The notes: generated from the sequence alone by a model not told the origin. 64,000 nucleotides of DNA from Macrostomum lignano (GCA_002269645.1 NIVC01000414.1:62001-126000), one strand, 5' to 3'; shown: positions 1-12,526, numbered from the stretch's first letter. Made by a program: numbers and translations.

Positions 1-1440
1 AACATGGCTGCTGGCCAATCTGAGCAAAGACTGGACATATACTTTGTCAAAATTTATAGCACAACAGCATTGTAAAGGCGTGCTGGCTTCTATATGTGAT
101 GCTACCATCTGTTGGCAGTCTGTCTGTGCCAACTGAACTAGCAAGGCTATTTAGGTGGCTGCTGTAAGACAGTTAACCAGAAAAAGACTAGCAAAATCCT
201 AGAAGGACCCACCAATTGACTTGATGAAAAACGCCAGAATAGAGGAAGCTACTTTGCTATCGCTGCTAAGACCATATATGGAGTCGCAGTTAAATTCCAC
301 TCTCTTTGCGGTGGTCACCTCGTCAATGATGAGGACCACATACTTCTCTCAAGGGTCAAGCGATCCTTCCTACAGCTGAATGTATGCTTCCTCTATGATG
401 CCGGACTCATTGAAAAGAACAGAATTAGCCTAACGATATTCCTGATAGAGGGCAAGCAAATGGACTCATTGTCCAGAATTGCCTTATAGGCAGCACGGCT
501 AGTTGAAAAAACCAAATATGCCAGTACTGTTGTTGTTGGCATATAGCAACGAGATGGCCCCTGGGTGTAGATCAGGGAAAATTGCTAGAGAAGAAACTTC
601 ATTTGTCCTTGAACATCTGATTCATCACTTAGAAATCCAAGGTAGCTCTTCAAAACCTCCTCACAAAATCAGACATGATAAGATCACATGTCTTTCTTGT
701 CTGAGCTAGAGATTTGAGAAATGCTAGCAGGTTCTCAAAAGTGGAGACTGGAGAGTAGCTGCAGATGGAGGGTGTCTTGCTGTTTTAGAAGCAGATGTCC
801 TGGCATGCTGCTAGTATAGCAAAAGCCATGCAAACAAATGCCTGATATATGAGATCTTCAAAGACAGTCAGTGAAGCTGAAGTGTGGAGTGGAGTCTGAG
901 ATAGATGTGTCAATCAGGAAAAAGGAAGCTGATCCAGTGTTCATGCTTCTTACAAATCTAGATGGAATATTGGCCAAATCCAACTTGTCTAGCAGGTCAC
1001 TGAGAGTATGCAACTCATCAGAGCTTAGAAATTTGCCAATCATCTCATTCAAATGCGCATTCTCCACTTGCAGATGAGATGAGGACAAGGCACTTATAGT
1101 CCTTTCCATTGGTGCTGACTTGCTAAGGTACTTTGGCACACTGTCAAATTGAGTTGACATTGTAGCAATCTTTAGGCAAACTTGTTGGAGCTTTGCTTCT
1201 AAGAATTTTCAATTCTTATGATAGGTGGTCTCATTGGTTGATTCTCTGACAAAGTCAGCTTCTGTAAAGTGCTTTGGGCAGACACGCTAAGAAGATGTGG
1301 CCTTTGGGTCGGCAGTTGATATAGCACAAAGCCACTGTTGTCTCAGTATAGGATCCTTTGGGAAAACATAATAGCTTTTTCCCACAGTTCCTTCTGACAA
1401 ATAGCCTGATTTGTAGCCAAACACAGCACGTGTAACCCAT
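1..1440 (-). pseudogene. Decayed THAP-domain P-element-superfamily (THAP9-like) transposase, runs off the window start
   Basis: Manual minus-strand translation from ATG 1440 gives MGYTCCV/GYKSGY..FPKDPILRQQWLCAI..RVCPKHFTE (THAP C2CH finger), then FDSVPKYLSK, SRAAYKAILDNESICLPSIRNIVRL and EKYVVLIIDEVTTAKRVEF..ILAFFIKSIGG (first catalytic-Asp region of P-type transposases). Multiple stops and frameshifts. Confidence 0.8.
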
Positions 1441-1723
1441 GATTTATCTATGCAAATAATACAAAATGAGCAACTTGGGAACTTTGCAAAGACTTATGCG
1501 AGTGTTTAAAAACAAACATCCGAAAAAGGCAAAAGTGGATAGGCTGTGCATAGTAATTTTTTCCTGTACATGTACAATTGTACATAATGTCTTTGTCTAC
1601 AATCTTCTTCAGTTCCTTTTCTTCTTTCCTAAATGCACATTTCTTTCTTTCCCCCCTTTACATACATGCGCAACCCCCCTGATTTACACTAGCCATGCGA
1701 CTTACTTTTTGACCAGAAATGCA

Positions 1724-1887
1724 ACTTACCTGTGAAAGAAACCCTAGAGCAACATTAATGTAATTTTAGGTAAATGGCAGGAGTAACTATGACTGTCTTA
1801 TAAGGGCTAAATGCCTCATCATCTAATTAGTACTATGTCTGTATTCTTTGGGATGGGCATTTTTGCGACTTACCCCTGGTCCACCAC
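1724..1887. repeat. Dispersed ~164-bp repeat, copy 1
   Basis: ACTTACCTGTGAAAGAAACCCTA...CTTACCCCTGGTCCACCAC aligns in direct orientation with 3495-3657. Confidence 0.85.
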
Positions 1888-3494
1888 AATTTACGGCGGC
1901 CAGGTCGGCCAGCAGTTGCACATGTATGCCCCTTTATCTTATACCCATATCTTCTTATCATTCACTTTTCCCCTCAGACCTACAGTTTTTTCTAACATGT
2001 CTTGCACTCAATTGGTTCCTCTCTTGTCCCTTCACAGCTAAAAATGAATGGCCTGACTTGGCCCAGGCAGCCTGGTCCAATTTTGCCAGTGTCACTTCTA
2101 GATCTAGAGAATTCCCTGGGCTAAGAAATAGAAAGGGGATAGCAAGGGCTTGTTGGAACTAAGCCATGAGAGGGGCCGCAATTAAAAAAGGAAATTGATT
2201 GCACCATGAAAATAAGATCCCCTGCTGCGAGTCATGAGTGACCCTGCTGCTATTTTTCACAACTGGTGAATGGGTTTGCCTCAGAGGAGACATGGGTCTA
2301 GGCACACTTGATTTCTCCACAAACACAAGCCTAGTGCACAAGGATAAAATCATTGTTCCTTGGATTGAAAAGAAATAAAGACACTCAATCAGTTTATTAA
2401 GTGCCTTTGTTATTGATTTTCCCTGTTTCTCAATCGGGGAAAAAGACCACTTAAGATTTCAAGGCTTATGAAGGCATCGCTGAGATTTCAGGGGGGAGAG
2501 TTGCTATGTTAAGGCTTGTGAGGGGAATTGCTGACATGTCAAAACTTACAAAGGACTGCTAGGGTAGAATGCAAAAAGATGCTACATGTAGATTATTAAA
2601 ACAACTTGTACTGCATTTTTTGGCTCCCCAATGGGAGGTGCTGATTGCTAGTTTAAGTCTAAGCATTTTGCACTCCATGCTGCATCTTCAGGTTTTTTAT
2701 TAAAACAAAAAAGACAAGACAAATGGTAATTTTTTGTGTGATGCAAAAATGATAAGTAATAATTATTTTCTATAGTAAATTTGTTCAAAAATGAATGGCA
2801 AGGTTGGAGATAGAAGCATAAAGATCACAGAGTACAAAACGTGTCAACTCACAAATGTTGATTGTAGGATTCTTTTAAAACCCTGCTTTCGAATTTTCAG
2901 AGTAAAAAAGCCTATATAGACGCCATAGCAGCCTACTTTCTTTGCTCTTTGGAGATGTATTTTTTGCAAAACCTGCAAGTTCACCCTCTCGCAACAAATT
3001 TGAAAAAAGTACAATGAAACAAAAGTTAAAATTATTAGGGCAACAAGATGCAAAGTTTTAGATTAGCTTTTGATAACTATTGAGCAATTGATCAAGACAA
3101 AGCTACTGGCACCAGACTCTTTAGTAGCCTCACAAAGTTTATTGTTGTCTAATACTACCGATGAATGACAAATCTGAATATCCAACATTCACTTATATGT
3201 CCGCATACCAGTGACACTCCGATGTCCATTTTTCACATGTCAACTAAAAATTTCTTAGCTGGTTTTTTTGATCAGTTGATAGGAGAACCAAATGTGCGCA
3301 GGCATCCTAGTGGGCAACAAATAAAACTGTTTATTGCCGCTTGGCCATACAGACGTGTTTTTCAAAACAATCAAACTTAGTAGCAAGCAGGGTTAGTCTT
3401 GTTAGGAACATGGATGACCTCCATTTGCTCCCTATTGCAGCGCATGGCTTAAGTATGCCAGACGCCTACACAACCTGCGCCACGCTGTGAAATG

Positions 3495-3657
3495 ACTTAC
3501 CTGTGAAAGAAACCCTAAAGCAAAATTAACGCAGTTTTGGGTAAACGGCAGGAGTAACTATGATTGTTTTATCAAGCCTAAATGCCTTGGCATCTAATTA
3601 GTACTATGCCCGTATTCTATGGGGTGGCATTTTTGCAACTTACCCCTGGTCCACCAC
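3495..3657. repeat. Dispersed ~164-bp repeat, copy 2, flanked by an 11-bp direct repeat
   Basis: Aligns with 1724-1887; CTGCGCCACGC occurs at 3475-3485 and 3663-3673. Confidence 0.8.
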
Positions 3658-5826
3658 CAATGCTGCGCCACGCAGGCTGATCCGCACCGGACGCCGTCTG
3701 CCAAAATGCCCATGCGCTGCAATCAGGCATTGGCTCATAGCGAGTGTCACTCAAACCTCTTGCATTGGTCTTGGTTGCAATCTCCTTGTATACAAGGCAC
3801 ATCTTGCCGTTTCTGTCCTTAATGTGAAATCTTGAACATTACAAAGAGGCTAGCAAGTGATAGATTTTCAGCTTGCTCACAAAACTAAAAAAGGTCATAT
3901 AACTTGGTATACTTATGGTAAAGTAACAAGTTGAATGGATAACTCTGGTAAAGAAACTAACCATAGAAGTAATAGTGAAATGGTAAAGCGTGCATAAAAG
4001 TTTGCAGGCAATGGTAAAGCGCAAATTTACTAGATTTCAGACAGTAGTAAAGTGGTATTTAAAGTTATAACATTGTGGTAATGCAGAAAGCAGTTAAAAA
4101 CTGTAGACCATGGTAAAAAAGGTGATAGACGTGTAGCATGCCTAAAATGATACCATGTCATTTTCAGACAAAATATATCTATTACAAAATTCTTCATCTA
4201 CCTTTTTCTTGCCTCTACACAGCTATAGGTAGCACATAAGTTTCCTGGACCCTTATTACTATTTACTACCTAATCTATTACTTCTTCTTTTTCTGCCCTT
4301 TTCTTGCCACGAGGCCTAGGACCTCCATTTTGATCCTTTCCCAATGGGGTGTTTGGCCTGATATTTAATGGTGAGGAGGTCGGCTATTTCTCTCTACCGC
4401 TGATAAAAAGGGTTGGTTGCAAGGGTGCAGGTGTTTTCTATTCTCCGTGCTTCATTTCTTTTCCCTTGTGCTCATCTTTGCCAGAGGCTTTTGTCCCTAT
4501 CCATTGGCCACCACATGAAGGTAGGAACAAATTGGCACAGCACACATTACTAAGTGTTTGTATTATCATTATCTTGTCATCAGAATCATCATATCTGGTT
4601 ACAAAAAAATCGATATGTAGCTGGATAGCACCATTTCATATTAATGCGTAGCACAATTTTGTATATATACAAATGTATATACAAATTTGATATTGTAAGA
4701 ATTAGTTTATAAGACAAAGACAGCTAGCTTGGGTCTGCAATCAGCTGCGGAGTCTTGATTTCCTATATAATTTAGGTAAACTGTGCTAGGAAATATTAGG
4801 CAATTGTGCTATTGGGTATATATACTACTTGTGCCGATTGGTTTACAAATGGGTATGCTATTCTGCTAATTATATTATAGTGAAAATTATTAAAACTATA
4901 CCAGAAGCAGGTAGCTATAATAACTAACTAGTAGACAACTACAAGCAATCTATACTGGTTCCAAAAAGTTGGAAATAAAAAGAACTCTGTATAGATAAAT
5001 AGATAAGCTTCATGTATAACAATTTACATTATAGCTTTAATGCAATATTTGTACTTTTGCACTATACAACTGCGTACACAGCTATTGTATGGACTAGTAA
5101 AGTTAGACAGAGACAACATCAATGAATAAGCATATTTAGGGTATAATTGTGCTCTTGTCATAATTTTGGTATTGCTGCTTCTACTGCTAAAACAACAACT
5201 CTGAGTCTGCATTATAGTCTGATATATTTTCTCTCACAGCTGTTGCATCTGACACAGAATGCCAGATGTCAGTACAGCACTCTATTTGATTGTCTTCTTT
5301 ATTTTTTGTTGTTGTTGCTGCAGCAGGGAGCAACTGGCCTCAGTAGCCACTTTCTGCTTCAATTGGCATCGCTGACACTCCATCTGTTTTACTGATTAAG
5401 ATAGAACATCCATTGATATAATCCCTGATGACAATTCCTTGTCTTGACTCTCGGTTTTACAGCATCACTTGCGATCTCCAGCAGTAGGAGCAGCAGCAGG
5501 TTTGGCTGATGATGCTTGCTGAAGTACCAGCTTGTCAATGGTGGCTTGAACAATTGTCCAATTTTTTAGCATGGTGTTAGCTGCATAGTTGCCCATCAAC
5601 ATTGGCACCAAGGTTTCAAATAGCGCCGCTGACTGATCAACTAACTCTAGTTGCTTGCCAGCCACAATGTCCTGTTTGGAGCTCCAAAATATATTCGCTC
5701 ACATGCCAGAATGACCAAGTATAGTTTGGCATGATTGACAACTACCTGGCTGAAAGTGGGAACCGACATCCATTCACCTCGGTTGGTGCATAGTTATATA
5801 ATGTCATAACCTTTTAGAAATTTTAG

Positions 5827-6617
5827 AAACTAAAAATTCTGAAGACTGTCCCAAAGGTAGTGTTCATTTTTAATATATCTCTTGTTCTAATGATCCAAAT
5901 AATATCATTTTGCACAATATTATAGTGGCAACTCTCTTTATATTAACTTCAAAATCTTTAAAAACAGACAATGGAAACAAAAGTTATTAACAAAGATGTA
6001 GCACAAATTTGGCTATAGACTTCTAGCAATTCAACAAGCTAGTAGAAATTAGCAAAAATACCTTTGATTGAATGCACTTAAAGTTTTTTATTAGGCTGCT
6101 GTGATAAAAAGATATCTATGGATAAACTTAAATAAACATAAAACTTTTAAAGCAATAGAATATTTCCCACTTCATCTTCATCTTCATTGCTTCTTTGTTC
6201 CCTCCCTTTGCACCAAAAATCATGAATGTGCATTCAAGTATTGCTTAGAAAAGTGTGATTTATACCCTTTGGCAGACAGGGCATAATGTAACTAAGATTC
6301 ATGTGCAAATTTAATTGGCTCATAGGCCTAATGCAGTCATTTTATATATTTACTATAGCGAGTTACCTATTTGTCAGCTATCACTTCAAAATTTTGCTAG
6401 CTTGTTAAATTTACTATAGGTCTATGGTTAAATTCTTGCTATATTTTTGTTCATAACTTTTGTTTCAATTGTCTATTCTTTGAAAATAATGAAGTTAATA
6501 TGAAGAAAAGAGTTTTCACCAATATTTTGTGCAAAATGATGTTATTTAGATCATCAGAATGAAATATTAATGAAAAGTAACATTACTTTTGGGATAGCTC
6601 TCATAGAGTCATAGTTT
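5827..6617. mobile_element. Non-autonomous element (MITE/foldback-like) with ~225-bp diverged inverted repeats
   Basis: 5827-6050 aligns to the reverse complement of 6389-6617 (e.g. CATTTTGCACAA, ATATTAACTTCA, GAAACAAAAGTTAT, AACAAGCTAG). Confidence 0.7.
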
Positions 6618-6731
6618 AATTAGTTAAGTACTATTATAAAGTACTTAAGATAATGCAATGGCCTTTATTGATCAATGAATAAAATGGTTTATTGTTTCTT
6701 ATTATTATTAGTTTATAGAATAAAACAAGTA

Positions 6732-7528
6732 CAGCTGGCTCATTCCATATAAGCATGGTCGTAACATGACAGGTTATTTTTACTTATAAAATGAAATCTA
6801 ATAATAGAATATACTAAACCAATATTTTAAATGAAAGATTATTTTGTCTAGAATATATTTATAGAGTTTCATATAGATATCATCATTAGTATAGATGCTA
6901 TTAAACCTTAAATGACACTTATGGTCGTAACGACAGGATTTTTGACATATAGAAACTAAAAGGTAAAAGTCTTATAACATTTTTCATTTTTGATATTTTG
7001 CAATACATTTTTAAAATTTGACTAAGAACATCTTTAGAAATCATACTCTTTTATTAGAATATATAAACTCAAAAGGCAACAAAGATACAAAAGAAAAGGC
7101 AGCCTTATGGTCGTATCATTATGGTCGTAACATATTTTTTTGTGTCAATTCAGTAACTTTGAGGTACTAATACATTAAAAATATAATAGATTATTTGGTC
7201 ACCAATGCTTTTATCTGATGATGCAAGTACTATACTTTTATCTATAGTTTGTTTCAACCTTCAAAAGCTTTCTATTTGTTTTTAAAAGGTACAAAATCTT
7301 AATGATGTCTTTTGCTTCGAAAAATGTCCAAATTTTTACAAAAATGACTTTTTGCCAATTGATAACATACTAATCCAACATTTTACCATTCCTTTATTCT
7401 TAGATTGTATATATTGCACAATATAAACATTTGGTAAAAAAAATAGGCTAATTAGGCAATGGCAAGCAAAAATATTGACTTTTTTCTATTTTCCAAATAT
7501 GTCCATCTTATATGGAATGAGCCAGCTG
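6732..7528. mobile_element. ~800-bp MITE with 22-bp perfect TIRs (Tc1/mariner-like termini)
   Basis: CAGCTGGCTCATTCCATATAAG at 6732-6753 and its exact reverse complement at 7507-7528; left flank TA, right flank GA; internal ATGGTCGTAAC repeats; no ORF. Confidence 0.75.
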
Positions 7529-7847
7529 GAGCACAATTATAGAAACAAATTCAGGCCACAGTACAGAGGGCTAAAAGTTAATTAAATGCTTACAAGTAGA
7601 CAATAGTAGTCACAAAGGCAAGAGTTAAAATAAATATTAATAATACCACTAGAGATAGCAAAGGGAGAGAATTGAGATATATTTATACTAGCAAATTTGA
7701 ATGCCAACAAATGGGGCAAGTGATCGGCAAAAAGGGACAAAGGGTGGGCACAAGAATAGGCCTCCAGAGAAAAGCAAGGGAAATAAAGGGGGAAAATCCC
7801 AAAGAACTAATAGGGGATTCAGAAGGTCCCTTTCGGGATGCTTAATG

Positions 7848-8670
7848 CTTTCATAAGACCTAAATTTCACAACGCCTAAAACCACCACACTTCACAATGC
7901 CTAACTTTCATATCGCCTAAATTTCACAATGCCTAAAATATTTGCACACTCTTTCACATTGCCTAAATTTCATATTGCCTAAATTTCACAATGCCTAAAA
8001 TATTTGCACACTCTTTCACATTGCCTAAATTTCATATTGCCTAAATTTCACAATGCCTAAAATATTTGCACACTCTTTCACATTGCCTAAATTTCATATT
8101 GCCTAAATTTCACAATGCCTAAAATATTTGCACACTCTTTCACATTGCCTAAATTTCATATTGCCTAAATTTCACAATGCCTAAAATCAAAAGTGCAGCC
8201 TCCTTCACATCGCCTAAATTTCATATTGCCTAAATTTCACAACACCTACAATATATGCAGCCTCTTTCACAACGCCTAAATTTCATATTGCCTAAATTTC
8301 ACAATGCCTAAAATCAAAAGTGCAGCCTCCTTCACATCGCCTAAATTTCATATTGCCTAAATTTCACAACACCTACAATATATGCAGCCTCCTTCACAAC
8401 GCCTAAATTTCATATTGCCTAAATTTCACGTCTAAAATCTTTGCTTCTCTCCTTCACATTCAGTTTTAGGTGTTGTGAAATTTAGGCAATATGAAAGAGC
8501 ATGCAGATTTTAGGCTTTATGAAATTTAGGCAATATGAAATTTAGGCAATGTGAAGAAGTGTGCAGAAATTTTAGGTGTTGTGAAATTTAGATGGTGTGA
8601 AATTTAGGCGTTGTGATGGAGGCTGCATTTTCGATTTTAAGTGTTATGATATTTAGGTCTTATGAAGCGC
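7848..8670. mobile_element. Foldback-like element: tandem GCCTAAATTTCA-based array followed by an inverted array
   Basis: About 7850-8460 is made of GCCTAAATTTCACAAT/CATATT subunits; 8461-8666 carries the same subunits on the opposite strand; ends are TTCATAAGACCTAAAT and ATTTAGGTCTTATGAA. Confidence 0.7.
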
Positions 8671-9705
8671 CCCCAGGGAAAGGTAGGTGAAATTTCACAA
8701 TATGGACAAGAAGGGATGATAACACAGCCCCAAGAATGGCAAAAAAGTTCCAAGGTTAATTACTAGAAAAGTATGAAAAAAATTTAACCATGCAAGAACA
8801 TCAGTTTTTCCAAGTGGCAATGCCACTGCCGCAAAATCATAAATCTTGACAATATTTACATTTATACTCTATCGCAACTTTTTTCTAATGCTACTATATC
8901 CAACAGTTTTTTTTTTAGAATGCTGTTTTATATAGTAGTTAGCCAACCTAGCAGATCACAAGCTGCAAAAATTATAAGTAGGCAAGATTAAAGAAAGACA
9001 AAGACAAGAACAAAAGCTAGAAACAAATTAAATCATTAAAAAAGAAAAAGTGTTCACTTTTTGAAGCCATGGAGAAAACATTTATAAGCCTATTTTAGGC
9101 AAAGCAAAGCTTTTGCTATATTATAATGCTTTGCAAATAGAGTTGTTACATTCTCATGAAAAAATTGCACCTATCAAGTAAAATGAAGTTATGCTTATAT
9201 GGTTTTATTATATTAACCTAAGGTTAGGTTTTATTTAAAATGAAAAAATGAGCTTTAACACCAATTTACATTGAGATAATGATAGCCCCTTAGTCAGCTT
9301 CTCTTTTAGAGACTAGTCAGAGCTTTAACAACCTCCAATTCTTTAAATGGGAATATGTTATGATTTTTTCAGCAATATGCGAGTCGTGGGAATAGTAGGT
9401 TGTACTTTTATAAAATTAAGTTTTTCTTATTGATAAATCCCCCATTGGCTTCTTGTTCACTTTTTGTCAATGATTTCCAATTAAAGATTATGGTCAGCAT
9501 TGAATAAGATGGCTTCTTATCTTCAGAATGAACTTCACGTGTTTACATTTTGCATATTTGCATTCTAATGTAGCGTGTATTATTATCATATTATGCATAA
9601 AATTCAACACAAAAACAATATTTCTACTTACAGTAGTTAAAAAAGGAGTGCACAACCAGGCAAAATTGAAAATTGATAATAAAACACAATAAACAGAGGC
9701 CAGTC

Positions 9706-10216
9706 ATGTCGGCTGATGTAGCAGACGTCGCTCTCTGCGAATTAGGCGACGACAATGATTGCGAAGATCATGTCGTTGAACTTCAACTGCCTGCAAAGTC
9801 AGCAACAGCTGCACATACTGGCTTGCTGCTTGGGACATCGTCTGCTGCTTCAACAGCATCCGGTAAGCCAGGCCGCTGCGGCTACTGCCTTCAACGGCTC
9901 GACCGGGTTGCCTCCTCCTCGTCCAACTGGTCGCCGAAAATTTACGTCATCTGCGCTGTGTGTCCCAGCCTGCAGCTCTGCCTGCGGTGCTTCGCCCTCG
10001 GCGCCGAGGGTGGCAAACACCAGCGCAGTCACGACTATCGACTGGCCGCCTGCCGGCTGCCGCTGCTTCCCTGCGGTCCCAGCGAATGCGGCGACGATGG
10101 CGAAATCTGGAGTTGGGATGAGGAGGTCCGGCTGCTGGATGCGATTGACGCCTTCGGCTACGGCAACTGGGCGGATGTGGGCGCCAGAGTGCGCTGCGCT
10201 GGGAGAACTGGCAGCG
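9706..10216 (+). CDS. ADA2: ADA2-family transcriptional adaptor, exon 1 (ZZ finger + start of SANT)
   Basis: CGYC..CAVC..LCLRCFALGAEGGKHQRSHDY (ZZ); WSWDEEVRLLDAIDAFGYGNWADV (SANT); phase-1 donor G|GTTAGT at 10217. The five-exon model totals 1686 nt (561 aa + stop). ADA2a versus ADA2b is unresolved. Confidence 0.9.
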
Positions 10217-10219
10217 GTT

Positions 10220-10710
10220 AGTCACTCTGCCTGCTTGACTTGTCACTCTGCCTGCTTGACTTGTCACTCTGCCTGCTTGACTTGTCACTCTGTCTTCTTG
10301 TCTTGTTACTCTGCCTTCTTGACTTGTCACTCTGTCTTCTTGTCTTGTTACTCTGCTTTCTTGACTTGTCACTCTGTCTTCTTGTCTTGTCACACTGCTT
10401 TCTTGTCTTGTCACTCTGCCTTCTTGACTTGTCACTCTGTGCCTTCTTGACTTGTCACTCTGCCTTGTCTTGTCACTCTGTCGTCTTGACTTGTCAGTTG
10501 TCACTCTGTTTATTTGACTTGTTATTGACTTCTGGACTTGTCTTGTCATTCTACCTCCTTGACTTGTCACCCTCTGATTTCTCTTGACCTGTCACTCTCT
10601 GATTTCTCTTGACCTGTCACTCTCTGATTTCTCTTGACCTGTCACTCTCTGATTTCTCTTGACCTGTCACTCTCTGATTTCTCTTGACCTGTCACTCTCT
10701 GCCACCATGA
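10220..10710. repeat. CT-rich minisatellite (21-25-bp units) filling ADA2 intron 1
   Basis: CTTGACTTGTCACTCTGCCTG units, then CTCTTGACCTGTCACTCTCTGATTT units. Confidence 0.9.
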
Positions 10711-10930
10711 CTAGACTTGTCACTCCCTACCTTCCTGACTTGTCGCTTCACTTCAGTCTTACCTTGTCCCAATGCCTTCTTATCTTATCAGTGGTCACCA
10801 TACTCAAGCATGAATTCTTGTTACAGTCTTTTTACTCGTCAATTTATCATCTTCCCGTTGTTCCCAGCTACTTACCTTCAGCCTAGTCACCCTAGTCTAT
10901 TCACACTCTCAATCTCAATCGGGATTGCAG

Positions 10931-11303
10931 CCTCCCGCCGAGACCGGGCAGACCCAGGCGAGCAGTGCTGCCGGCACTACCAGCGGCACTACATCAACGG
11001 CCTGCTTCGACCGTCGCGCCTCTTCCCCGACGGTCGCCAGCCGGCCCCCGTTAGCGCCGCCGTCACCGACCTGACGGTGTCCGCTTCGCCGCCATCCTCG
11101 CCGCCGCCTGCCGACCTGTCGCTGAGCAGCGACCTCAGCCTGGAGGAGTGCCAGTGCCTCGGCCTAGCGCCGTTGCGCGACTTCGAGTTCGAATGCGAGT
11201 TCGATGGCAACGCGGCCGAGTCCCTGGTCTGCCGGCTGCGGCCAAGCTTCGAAGCCGACCCGTTGGATAGCGCGCTCAGGGTTGCCCAAATCGATGCTTA
11301 CAG
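10931..11303 (+). CDS. ADA2: ADA2-family adaptor, exon 2
   Basis: Phase-1 acceptor TTGCAG; EQCCRHYQRHYING (end of SANT), LRDFEFECEFDGNAAESLV, LRVAQIDAYR; ends at 11303 (GC donor) or 11307 (GT donor). Confidence 0.85.
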
Positions 11304-11311
11304 GCGAGTGC

Positions 11312-12140
11312 CGGGTTTGAGGTCCTTGGTTCGATTCTTGTGTGCTTAAGGCGTCTTTTTAAGAACTAGAGAGGTCCTAACTTCGAGCCTCAATGGTCTT
11401 TGCTTCGATTTTTTCGAGGACTACATAATCCCTGGGTTCGAGGTCCTTGGTTCGATTCTTCTGTGCTCAAGACATCTTTTTAAGAACTAGAGAGGTCCTG
11501 AGTTCGAGCCTCAGCGGTCCTTGGTTCGATTTTTTTCAAGGACTACATAAGCTCTGGGTTTGAGGTCCTTGGTTCGATTCTTCTGTGCCTAAGGCGTCTT
11601 GTTAAGAGCTAGAGAGGCCCTGAGTTCGAGCCTCGCTGGGTTCAGTTTAGAGAAAGGGTTTTGGGTTCGATTCTCGTGCTTAAAGTATCTTGTTTAGTGT
11701 TTAGACCACCGGTGAATGTTAGCGACAGGTCCTGAATTCGAACCTCAGGTTCAATTAAGGGTTCTAGCCTCAATTATCATTGCTGCGAGGTCCGATTTTG
11801 TCTAGGACTAAGGAGTCCTGAGTTCGATTCTTGCGTGCTCAATGCATCTTTAAAAGTTGAAACCACGTGCTAAAGCTAGAGAGTTCCCTGAGTACGAGCC
11901 TCTGGGTTTTCAAGGTCTCAATAGTTCTGGGTTCGAATTTTATGTGATTAAAGTATCTTGTTTAGAGTTTATGACTGAAAAATAGAGCTAGGGAGGTCCT
12001 GGGTTCGAATCCTAGTAGATCTCAGTAGAGTCGAAATATAAATGCTAGTAAGCATTGAGGTTCGGGGTTCGATTCTTATGTGCTCAGAATGGCTGCTCAA
12101 GCTGATGTTTCTTAGGATTTAAGAAGTCCTGAGTTCGAAT
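11312..12140. repeat. Degenerate ~120-bp tandem repeat rich in GGTTCGATTC, ADA2 intron 2
   Basis: GAGGTCCTTGGTTCGATTCTT recurs near 11320, 11440 and 11560, with more decayed copies beyond. Confidence 0.75.
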
Positions 12141-12175
12141 CTTTAATCGCCCAGTTGTATAATTTTGTTCCTCAG

Positions 12176-12507
12176 ACAGCGGCTTCGCAATCGCGTCGAG
12201 CGCAAACGGCTGATCAGGCGGCACGGCCTGCTGACTTCCGGGCTGCGAAGGGCGCTGGCCGACTGCGCGGCTGCTTCCGCTGCCGCTGCCACAGCCGCTG
12301 CCGCGGTGTCGCCATTGAAGCGCCGGCCGCTTGCCTGCGACTGCAACGCGTTTGAATTGGCCGACGCCCGACTTCGGCCGTTCCTGCGCTATCTGGAGCA
12401 GCCGGACTGCCGGCAGCTGATCGACTGCATGGCCAGGGCTGACCGGTTGCGTGCTGAGCTGACTCAGCTGAGCCGGCTCAGGTCTATGGGAGTGCGGCGG
12501 CTGCCAG
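12176..12507 (+). CDS. ADA2: ADA2-family adaptor, exon 3
   Basis: RLRNRVERKRLIRRHGLL resembles ADA2 RLKERQRRKKIIRDHGL; LRAELTQLSRLRSMGV; phase-1 donor CAG|GTTTGC. Confidence 0.88.
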
Positions 12508-12526
12508 GTTTGCAATGCCGAACTGG

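Noticed and set aside
5280-5665. Possible gag/zinc-knuckle remnant on the minus strand
   Set aside because: The Cys spacing does not give a clean CCHC knuckle and the frames are interrupted; unsupported.
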